Shown here piece after piece: positions 33,754 through 45,300 of a stretch of 64,000 nucleotides of DNA. A program made the translations under genes and the position numbers. Source of the stretch: Macrostomum lignano (Eukaryota); assembly GCA_002269645.1 (NCBI GenBank), contig NIVC01001935.1:124001-188000 (forward strand), given 5' to 3'. The notes under the pieces are model-generated. The model was not told the origin of the DNA and did not search any database. It was given only the letters and a program-made list of their open reading frames with translations. The number at the start of each line of letters is the position of its first letter. Within the stretch, counting starts at the first letter, position 1.

Positions 33754-36328
33754 CAGGTCTTGTCTGTTGCTACCTAATCAATTGTTTTAAAATATAAAAC
33801 GATGAAAATTGCCTAGTATGGGGGATTCCATGCAGACCAAAGGGATTTTTTATTATACTTACTATCTAAAGGTTTATTAATAGTCATCAAACAAGCTCAA
33901 AATGTTTAAGAATTATTGAAAATATCAGTGAAACTAGATGCGACTTATAAATATATTAACTTCATTTAGCCTAGTTTAAATAGATGCATTTCATAGTTTC
34001 CACTTGACCATAATAATTTAAGCAAAGATGAAAACTTACAAAACTTAAGCATAACTTACAATGCCTGACTGTTATGTATAGAAATCTGTCACTTGACAGC
34101 TTGTTGGTCAGGCACATAGTGCCGTGAAGAAAACTGCACATTGGAAACCTTTTCATGCAACATTTTGGCTTGCCTTGATCTCTAAAATATATCTTTTTTA
34201 TATATTACAAAGCAGAAAATTTCTTAAAAAACTTACTTAACAAAACAGTAAAAAAATCTATGTACTATAGATAGAATTTCGTACCATATTTTCACATTTA
34301 TTATAGAAATAGAATTTAATAGAAATTGCTATTAAATTCAGCATAGAAATTCAGCAAATTCAGCAAATTTAGCATTAATATAGAATTTTTTTCAATAATA
34401 GAAATATTAAATAGAAACAAAATTTATACAAATATAATATACTAAATTATGTCTATTACAACAAGAAAAAGGAATTAAAGGCAATTGGCAAATGGCAAAA
34501 TTATAGCAAAATGGAAAAATTGTTTTCTATGTTCCCCTTGTATATTTTAGGCCTAAGAAAATTAAAATCACAATCACAATCACAATCAATCATTTAAAAT
34601 TTTACTATATAAGCTTAACTTCATCTACAAAATCAACATTCACTTTTACACAATCTACACCATTGCATTATATGTAGAAAATTTTTGCCAATTACTCCAA
34701 GCATTCTTCAAACTCAAAAAGATATCTTTTTAGGCCCAAAAATCTCTAGGCTCAACAAGATGATATGCCTAAAGCAAGGCACAAGATATGTCAGCATTGA
34801 TGCATAACTAGTCAGCAAATATTATTTTACTTTGCTTCTCCACAAAACTAGCAAGTTTATCATGGCTATCTCCAATGAAATAAATACAAGCAAGTCCTTT
34901 GCACTACATGCTTCAGTAATTTTTTTCAATGGTAGAAACATTATTTGTAGCTAACAATGCCATAGACTGTCACCTTCCCATGTTTGCAGCCAATTATAAA
35001 AGTCCTTTATTTTTACAACAGCTTTGCTAGGCTTGTAAAAGTGGAATAGAACACATTGAATTATCATAGACCTCTTCTTGAAGAGCAAATTGTAGGTAGT
35101 CTAGACATCATATCTTGGAACAGCCTTTGACAGAACTACTTGGTTCTTACAAGCAATTTCAGCTCACTTATATCAACTTTGTTTTTAGCATGTCTTTACT
35201 GGTATGACTCACAAATGTGCTGCAACAATTGAGACTTATAAATTCCATGTTTGGCACCATCGGGTTCACTTGACTTCCTAAATAGAAAGATATAACTGAT
35301 GCCTTGACTCTCCTTTTCTAGGCTGGTTTTTTCTTCCAATTTAGGGCACACTTGTTCTGGCTAGTTTTCTTGTTGCTGCTCTTCATTCTTCACATTCTTC
35401 ATACATTGGTTAAACTTCTGGAAGCTAAGGCTATGCTATTGTCCTTGGTAGCTACAGTCTCTTCATTGGTGCCACCAATAGCAGGATGTCTAGAAGCAAC
35501 AATAGAATCAGTGTCTGCCCTGCTAGTTGAGTCATTATCAGGATCATTTATCAAGTGTAGAGTCCTCTTATTCATGCCTTTTCTATTTGGAATAAGTAAA
35601 TTAGTTGATAAGTGTTAAGTATAGCAGGATTTTATTAAAACTTATATTGTGATATAGTACAATAGTCTTCTATTTGCTAGCCAACTTGTCCAATTCAAAT
35701 CTTTCTATCATTGTCCTTGAATTCTACTTTTCTTTCTCTTTCTCAATCTTCAGAAACTTGTTAGTTGACAATGGGATTAACTCATCCTTGAAGACCAAAT
35801 GGCATTTACCATCAGAAATGTCATCCCAATAAACCAAGACATGTTGCCTTCTAGAGGCTATTGCACTGAATTGATGGTTGCAGGAGGCCTTTTGGTACCC
35901 TGGCGCAACAAATTTAAAGTTGAGTCAAATTAATTCATAGTTGATGCCTTGCCTTATTCCTGGCTTAGGTTGGCCTGGAAATGATAGTATATTTAAAAAA
36001 ATCATTTTTAAATAATAATTTCAGTCACACTTTTAGTAAATATGCCAAAATCAAGTATAAAACTTTTCTTTGATATTATTATAAAGTATTTTAATAAGAA
36101 AATAGGCCTAAATAAAAGATGTACAATTTGTATTTCTAATTGCTATTAAAATAAGAACGTGAAATGCATTATCAATATGCTTATGGTCATGCAATCCATA
36201 TCCACTATGGCACCTGAATATTCAATAATGTGGTTTGTTTCCTTTGTTATCTTACAAAATATGTTTAATGAAACCAGATGAAATCCAAGCTATCCCATTA
36301 CCCAAATTCCCTCAGCCTAGCAACTGGC

Positions 36329-39300
36329 ATGACAGGTTCTTCACCAGACTTGCTTGGTCGTCGCATTGAACTAGATGGTCATTTTGGCATTGTGAAATAC
36401 ATTGGGCCAGTGGGTAGCAGTCGAGACACTTGGCTAGGCATAGACTGGGATGAACCTGAGCGCGGCCGGCACAATGGCACGCACAATGGAGTACAGTACT
36501 TTAAGGTAGGTGTTGCATAAGATTGTTACATGGCTGCTCTCAGTCATGGTTAAATGTGCACTGCATAGGGCCAATAGGTTAATGTTAAAAAGTATATACA
36601 GCTGAAATGGTTTCTGAGAAGCTTTCATACTAGTAACTAATATCATTCGTAGGAAGAATGATAAAAGGCACAACCTAAAAGTAGACCCAGAAGTATGATA
36701 AAAGACAGCTAGGAAGGAAACCGTCAAACATAAAACCGTCAAGCATGAAACTGTCAAACATGAAACCGTCAAACATGAAACCGTCAAACATGAAACCGTC
36801 AAACATTAAACTCTCACAAGTAACACTGGCACTGAATCCCTTCATCCTGCCGAGAACGGCCGTCGCTCTGGTGCCTCGTCTCTCTGTCGCTACTGTCACC
36901 GGTTGCTCTGGTCGCGCTGCACTGGTCATCGAGTCCTGCCGTTGCTGCGCAGCCGTGTCGCTCCGTTAGGACCCGTCAACGCCGGTCCACCTCCGCTCCG
37001 CTGTCCCTGGGTCTGCACTGCAAAGTCCCTAGGAAGACACAGCCTCAGCCAGCGCACGAATCCCACAGCCTACGGAGGGCACCCAGGACCAAACCCTGGC
37101 GTCGCAGGTCGAACAGCGGAAACACCACCATCACCGACATGTAGACCGCTTGGCGACTCCACCGACGAACTCCGTGCCCCGGATACTTGCGGCCGTCGCG
37201 CTCGACAAACCCAAAAACTTGCAGGAACAACTCCGGGGCGAATTCTCTGAAGTCCACCCGGTTGACAGCACACAGAGGTTTCAGGGCAAAAACTACACAG
37301 AAGAGGGCCCCACGATCACCGCTCCGCACTGCTTGGTGTAAGCGCTTTTTTATCAGCCCGATTCCAGGAATTTCGGCGACTCGAACCGGTGGACGCGGGG
37401 TTACCTGTAGCTGGCTTATTTTCCGTAGGAATTCTGCGATGAGTTCGGCGCATCCTCCGCACGCTTCCTCTCTTACCCAGCTACTGTCGAGAACGTCGAA
37501 CCCGGCCCACTGCAGACGAAACTCTCTTCCCTCCTCAGTTTCGCGCACTGCCAACACATTCAAAACTTCAAACTCCTCCTGGCCACGCTCCGCTACGTTT
37601 TCCTCGTCCGTCACTGCGTAACCAATTTCACTATTCTCCGTCTCGGTTTCGCCCGCTGACTCCCATTGCCGCTGGAACGTTTCTTCGGCCAACCTGTCTC
37701 CTTCTGTCGAGAAAATAATAAGAGTAAACACACTACGTTTAAATTAGGTGTTAAATTGAATAAGGAGCCAGCAAGTCGGCACAAGGCCCAAACCGATATA
37801 TTTATATGACATTAACTTTAGGGGTGCAAGATAAGACAAGGGGGTGGGGTGCGCGACTGAGGAAAAAGGCGAGAACGGAGAGCCAATCAGAACGCAGCAA
37901 GGGAGAGAGAGATAAGAATAACAAGATTGAGCTAGACAGAGAGAGAGAGAAAACAGAGACAAGTGAAGGTGAACTAAGAAATGACTAGGAAAGTCGCGAC
38001 ACTCCTCCCAAAAAATAGAACATTTTTTTGAATTCTCGAGTACTAACAGAAATTATGAATGAGAGTTCAAAACCCAATAATTTTTTGCAGTAAATTAACA
38101 AATTGTGTACAAATATGACTATGACTATCGACTATGACTATGAATTTCACTACAAAACCTATAGAGTAAATGCAAAATTGACCAAAAAATTTAACATGTG
38201 CGATTTTAAATAACGAATTATTATAACCAAATTAAAAACTGACTGTATCCTCCCCCCAAAAATTAATTTAATTTTCTTTACATTAAGACTCTGAGGAAAA
38301 AAAACAAGGACAACAAGTTAGGTTAATTAGTTAAGATGTCCAGGCTTGCGCATCACTTCGTCCCGTAGATCATCCGGCATCTCGTCGTCGTCCAGCATCT
38401 CCTCCGCAATTTCCAGTAGCCTATCGGGCTCCAAAATCATGCCTCCGAACCAATCATATAGCTTTCGGCGGAACGGGCAGGATAGCAGCCGGTACGCTTC
38501 CTCGCACTCCTGGAACTGCTGCTTGAGGATGCTCTGTCGCCTCTCTTGTCGGGATGGGACTCCCGAGCTCGACGGTAGAATGCTTTCCGGATTTCTGAGG
38601 CCGTCGCTTCTTTGGCAACACCCAATCGCTCATACAGATTCGACATCTTAAAACCGTTTAAAACTTCTGCTACTAGTATTAAATGGGTTTATCCGCTCTC
38701 TTCGCCGATATCTCTATACTACGCGTCGTACGCTTGCCCGGATCAGAAGTAAACCGGCTGTCCGAACCGGTCCGGGGGTCTCCGTCGTCGTCGCGGTCGG
38801 ATACCCTCAGGCGGAGGCTCGGGTTCGATCTCCACTTCCTGGTGTGGTTCAATCACTTCAGGCTCCGGTGGCTCCAGCTCAGCCATCCTTTCCTCGTTCT
38901 CCACCAGTAATCCCTCGTCGCGAATCAGATGAATTCCTTGTCGGACGCCTTCCTCAAGCTCTGGCAGTCTAGCGCAGAAGATATCGTCCTCGTCGTCGTC
39001 GTCCTCAGCATTCTCATCCTGTCGCAGTATCGGCTCAGCAATGCGGAAAAAATCTGCGATAAATTGTCGGTAATACCCGCACAGTCCCAGGAATGACCTT
39101 ACTTCCTTGGCATTCTTCGTAGTTGGCCAGTCACGAATTTCGGCAATCTCTTCTGAACTCGTGGAGATTCCATCAGCTGACACTATGTGTCCCAGGAAGG
39201 TCACTGACTTCAGCAGGAATGCGCACATCTTCGGCTTCAGTTTGATGTTCGCTGCTCGCAACCGTCGAAAGACCGTTTGCAACCGCTCCAGGTGCTCCTC

Positions 39301-42300
39301 CACCGTTCTTGACCACACTAGCAAGTCGTCCAGATACACCAAACACGTCTTCCAGCACAACTTCCCCAACACCACATTCATTAGTCAGCTGAATGAAGCC
39401 GGCGAATTCGTCAATCCAAATGGCATAACGTCCCAGGCGTACTGCTGTACCCGGTGTGAAACGCCAAAAGCCGTCTTTAGTCTGTCGCTGGGTTCCACTG
39501 CCATTTGCCAGTATCCTGACTGCATGTCCATGGTCGAAAAAATCTTGGCACCGCCTAGGCTCTCCAACAGGTCATCTGTCCTGGGCAACGGCACTGCATC
39601 CCTTTTGGTCATTTCATTCAGTTTCCGATAATCACAACAGAACCTCAGTGAACCGCCCTTTTTCACGCACACCACTGGCGAGCACCATGGGGACTGGTCC
39701 TTGCTGATTCCCCCAGCTTCCAGCAAGTCATCCAACTCCTTGTCCACTTCCTGCCGCAGGGAGTCCTTAGCAAAGACAGCCTGATGTTGGGAAACAGGTC
39801 TCTGAAGTCGGCTTCCTTCTCCTCCCACAGGCCACACGAACCCCACTCGCGGAACTCTTCGATCGGGTTCCATGCCTCCGCTTCATTCTTGGCCTCTACC
39901 TCGTCGTCCAAGCGCATCCCTTCTTGACCCTGATCATACAACTGGATGTATTCAGCAGTCTCGTCTGCAGCCGTCCATCCTCGCCGGGCGCTACCCGCTA
40001 CCAGAGCTCGAGCCAGTGCCAAATCCTTCTCAGCGACCCTTACCGGCTTTTCCGTGATGCCGACCGATCCGCAGTTTCTTGCGCCCTTTTTCTCCACCCT
40101 GGCTGGCATGATCACTTCTTGTCCAGGTTCCAGAAATACCGTTGTCTCGGCTTTTATTCGACACATCACAGGCAGCTAGCCTTTCTGCCATATTGGAACT
40201 TTGACATCACCAACTCGAAACACAAACTCGGAATAGTTGATGACGCAACGATGCTGTTAGAAAAATTCGGACCCGAGAATTACGTCATAACGCAATCCGT
40301 CCACTACAAAAAAATTCGCTGACCACCGCTCGCCACCAATCTCCACGTCCAACACAATACAGCCTCTCATCCTCATCGCACCTCCATTGGCCGTTGAAAG
40401 GGCCCCGCCCATTGCAGTCAGTCTCTCCCTCACATCTTGTGGCAGCCTCAGGAAAACATCACAGCTCAGCACTGACACACTCGCACCACTGTCTAACAGC
40501 AGAGCCACTGGCTTGTCGAAAACCGCACCGGAAATAAAAACTGTCACGGGCTCCGTTGATACTGACGAACACGCCTCTTGAACCAGGTTGCTCTTTGAAT
40601 TCCAATCACCAGAGACGCACTTGGATTTATTTACAGGGTTAGTGAGCAACACCGGTCCTCGCTCCTGGGAGACTTCACTTCCTGGCAGGGTACCGACTCT
40701 CCCCGGTCGGTCCCCTCGGCCCGTTTCCCGACTTCGGACACTTAAAGGATAGGTGGCCTTCACTGTTGCATTTTTGACATCGTACTGGCGATTTCCCGTT
40801 TCCACTTGTCTGGCTGGTCTTCTTTGGACACTTTGATGAGATATGGCCCCACTCTCGACACGAAAAATACTGCACAGCCTTCCGACTCGCCGGGGTCGGC
40901 TCTGCCGCTTCTCCAGACCTCCGCTCCTCCATGTCTTTCATTCGCATCTCCATGGCCGCAAGCTGTTTTCGAAGCATCTCGACCTCACTTCTTTCGGAAG
41001 CCTCCTGGTCTCAGCCGTGATAGCACAGACGGTAGCTCTTTTTGATCCCTGACCTGATGGACCGTGACTTGCCCTAACCGCCACTTCCAGCTGATGCACT
41101 AGACACATCGCGTCCGCTAAGGTCTCCGGCTGGCTCATGTACAATCGCTCCCGCACAGCCACCCCCGCACGGACGCCTCGCATGAATCGCTCTTTCGCAA
41201 GATCATCGCGCACATCGGCAGGCGCATCAGGAAAGGCGTTTGCGACCAACTCAATCACAGCTTCAGAGAAATCTTCTACCGACTCCTTCTCGCTCTGCTC
41301 TCTATTGCTCAGTTCGGTGCGGTAGTCGACGACGGTACGGTGCATAGTGAACCTATCCCTCAAGGCCTGGGTAAACTCTTCAAATGGCAAGTTGTCCTCA
41401 AGGTTCATGTTGTCAACAACTTGGAATGTGCTGAAGTCTAGTGAGCCGCAACCACTTCACGAAGTTCATGCCCAGAGCGAACTTCACTGGCCGCTGAATT
41501 CCGAGAGCACCAGCTTGCTGCATGTTCTGCTGGATCTGGGCCGTCAACGCAGCGACCAGGTCGTTTACACCGAAAGCCGCACCTCCCGCAGCACCTCCGG
41601 CAGCACCTCCAGCAGAACCTCCGGCAGCATCTCCAACAGCATCTCCAGCAGCACCTCCAATAGCATCTCCAGAAGCACCTCCGGCAGCACCCCCAGCCTC
41701 CATGCCTCAGCTTCCCAGTCTCGACCTCAAAGTCTCAAAATGTTCCGCGCCTCCAGTCTCCTTCCTTGCTTAATCTTCCGCAGCGCATGGTCCCACCAAG
41801 GATGCCAATTTGTGGGGCTCAAGGGCTCGGTCCCTTCGTACCCCTTTCCAGACCCGGGTTCGCGTACTGACCCTGGATGCGGTCCTCCACTGACACGCGT
41901 ACGACGCGGTGTCCTTCGTGACCAGGCTGCTCGAGCGTACGACGCGCGATAGCCTACAGTCTCGCGTACGACGCAGAGCTGCTTAGGGGGGGGGGGGCAG
42001 GCGTACGACGCTCTTAATCCCTCTAAGGTGCCTAGTTCAGATACAGACCCAAATGAATAGCAAAGTTGAAAGCTTACCAGCCGCGATTTCGATCGTTCAA
42101 CCCGGAAACAACGCCGACAGAGCGGTGGGAGTCTTCTTGGTATTCTCTATTTGTATTTCTATTTATTTAGAACAATTAGGACAATTAAGGACAATTTAGT
42201 GTAATAGCAACCAACACTGGCAACAATCACCGGGGAGCCACGAAGACGACGGAAATGGGGTCTCACGGGGGTCCGAATAAATAGGCAGCAAACTGGGGGT

Positions 42301-45300
42301 TGAGGGCGCGGGATGAAGGCGGTCACAGGGGGGGGGGCTTAGACAACAGCATGGGACAAACATGAGACGTACCAGTCAATCGCCGGGGCGCGGCACGGTA
42401 GTCTGGGACTGGCAGCCAATCACAAACTACAGGGGCGGGGCAGCTAGGCTTACAAAAGAATGGGGCGGGGTTGCACGCAAAGAATCGGGGGTCGAAGGCC
42501 GGCCAGACTGCCCCGACGTAGAATAGTGAACTTAACTCGTCACAATAACACATTCATGACAGAAGTATCATGAAATACAACCTGAAGAGTTGGAAGTATC
42601 CTGAAAGACAACCTGAAGAGTTGGAAGTATCATGAAAGACACAACCTGAAGAGTCGGAAGTATCATGAAAGACACAACCTGAAGAGTCGGAAGTATCATG
42701 AAAGACACAACCTGAAGAGTCGGAAGTATCATGAAAGACACAACCTGAAGAGTCGGAAGTATCATGAAAGACACAACCTGAAGAGTCGGAAGTATCATGA
42801 AAGACACAACCTGAAGAGTCGGAAGTATCATGAAAGACACAACCTGAAGAGTCGGAAGTATCATGAAAGACACAACCTGAAGAGTCGGAAGTATCATGAA
42901 AGACACAACCTGAAGAGTCGGAAGTATCATGAAAGACACAACCTGAAGAGTCGGAAGTATCATGAAAGACACAACCTGAAGATTTGGAAGTATGATAAAA
43001 GATACAACCGTAAGAGCCGAAAGTATGATAAAAAAAATAGCCGAAAAAGCTTCGGTTACATTAGCTTATGTTGATTCATCCTATAACGGTTTACATGTGT
43101 GCCAAATGCAAGCAGATAAATCTCCAGACAGTTCTGCTGTCTCAATGCTTGCATCCTGACAAGTCCCAATCCCGCGCATTCGCCAGGCTGCGCAGGCCAC
43201 GTCGGCCTCCTTCGTGAAGGCCAGCCGCGTCAATGCGGGCATCGGGCTGCTGGAAGGCATTATTCAGCGGTACACCGCGCCAACGGACGATTTCTGTGGA
43301 CTCAGCCAGGCCGAGCTGGCATTCGAAGGCGATCACAACAGAGATGCCAAGCCTATTGAGCTGTTCGGCATGGTCAAAACGGCTCAGCGAATTTCACAGC
43401 TGGCAACGCTGCAGTCGGTTCTGCTGACGGGTGAAGTTCTACTCCTTGCACCTGCCGCTTGCGCTGAGATTGGGGGCCTGGTTGTCGTATGTAAAAGCGA
43501 GAAAATTCCTATTATGAAGATAAAAGCCCCTAAAATCTCCACCCTTGAGTGGGGAACCCCTATTCTTCAGCGAGGAATCCCTATTCTTCAGTGAGGAATC
43601 CCTATTCTTCAGCGAGGAATCCCTATTCTTCAGTGAGGAATCCCTATTCTTCAGCGAGGAATCCCTATTCTTCAGTGAGGAATCCCTATTCTTCAGCGAG
43701 GAATCCCTATTCTTCAGCGAGGAATCCCTATTCTTCAGTGAGGAATCCCTATTCTTCAGCGAGGAATCCCTATTCTTCAGCGAGGAATCCCTATTCTTCA
43801 GCGAGGAATTCCTATTCTTCAGCGAGGAATCCCTATTCTTCAGCAAGGAATCCCTATTTATTAGTGAGAAGTTCTTTAAATACTTAATCGGAAAATATAT
43901 CTAATAAACAGCATTCGGATCTCACGATTGCAGATTTTTCTTCACGTATAAAATATTGGTTTCAATTGCAGTCTACGATCTGAAATGCAAATCCTGTTAT
44001 TTATAACCGCACCAAATGTCTGCACCCAGGCGTTCCCGTGGCATTCTGCAGCACCGGAGATGCCAGCGAACTGAGCAGCCGCCTGCCCAGCCTCACCGAG
44101 CTGGACCTGAGTCTCACCCTGTTCCACGATTGGGCCGAGTTGGCCAGAGTGGCCAAGGCTTTGCCAAATCTTCGGGTGCTCAATCTCAGCCAGAATGTGC
44201 TCGCCTCGCCTGTTGGTGCGTGCGGTGGACTGACTGTAATGTTTTTATTAGGATAGAAAGGTATTTCCAACAGGTACAGGTAGATAGAGGCAGATAGAAC
44301 AGATAGAAAACAGCAGATAGAAAACGGCAGATAGAACAGGTAGATAACCGCAGATAGAACAGGTAGATAACGGCAGATAGAACAGTCAGATAACGGCAGA
44401 TAGAACAGTCAGATAACGGCGGATAGAACAGGTAGATAACGGCAGATAGAACAGGTAGATAATGGCAGATAGAACAGTCAGATAACGGCGGATAGAACAG
44501 GTAGATAATGGCAGATAGAACAGGTAGATAACGGCAGATAGAACAGGTAGATAACGGCAGATAGAACAGGTAGATAACGGCAGATAGAACAGGTAGATAA
44601 CCGCAGATAGAACAGGTAGATAACGGCAAATAGAACAGGTAGATAACGGCAGATAGAACAGGTAGATAATGGCAGATAGAACAGGTAGATAACGGCAGAT
44701 AGAACAGTCAGATAACGGCGGATAGAACAGGTAGATAATGGCAGATAAAACAGGTAGATAATGGCAGATAGAACAGGTAGATAACGGCAGATAGAACAGG
44801 TAGATAACGGCAGATAGAACAGGTAGATAACGGCAGATAAAACAGGTAGATAACAACAGATAGAACAGGTAGATAACGGCAGATAGAACAGGTAGATAAC
44901 GGCAGATAGAACAGGTAGATAACGGCAGATAGAACAGGTAGATAATGGCAGATAGAACAGTCAGATAACGGCGGATAGAACAGGTAGATAATGGCAGATA
45001 GAACAGGTAGATAACGGCAGATAGAACAGGTAGATAACGGCAGATAGAACAGGTAGATAACGGCAGATAGAACAGGTAGATAACGGCAGATAGAACAGGT
45101 AGATAACGGCAGATAGAACAGGTAGATAACGGCAGATAGAACAGGTAGATAATGGCAGATAGAACAGTCAGATAACGGCGGATAGAACAGGTAGATAATG
45201 GCAGATAGAACAGGTAGATAACGGCAGATAGAACAGGTAGATAACGTCAGATAGAACAGGTAGATAACGGCAGATAGAACAGGTAGATAACGGCAGATAG

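Larger units (their letters stand above)
36820..42544 (-). mobile_element. Decayed Ty3/Gypsy LTR retrotransposon in TBCE intron 1 (antisense): 5' LTR, PBS, gag, protease, RT, RNaseH/integrase deleted, accessory ORFs at the 3' end
   Basis: Frameshifted gag (41703-40675) with two CCHC-type knuckles; protease LLDSGAS (~40500); RT (WCSPVVCVKK, RFCCDYRKLN, MPFGLTNSP, YLDDLL; 39800-39020); the reading frame then jumps to an integrase-tail-like RRRRRPPDRF ending at 38743. The left boundary is uncertain and no TSD was found. Confidence 0.85.

Noticed and set aside
34600-35900. Decayed coding fragments (peptidase-like and HVLVYWDD pieces) as a separate gene
   Set aside because: Too many stops and only vague motif resemblance; noted only as part of the TE island.
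41780-41790. 11-nt identity (GCAGCGCATGG) between the Gypsy leader and the MITE TIR at 33488
   Set aside because: Short and GC-rich with no further alignment; likely chance.
42231-42240. tRNA-Asp-like PBS TGGCTCCCCG on the minus strand
   Set aside because: Only 10 nt and not preceded by an LTR CA end.
42200-42544. Solo LTR TGTAATAG...GTCACA
   Set aside because: No TSD and no PBS after it; the longer 41811-42544 boundary fits the PBS better.
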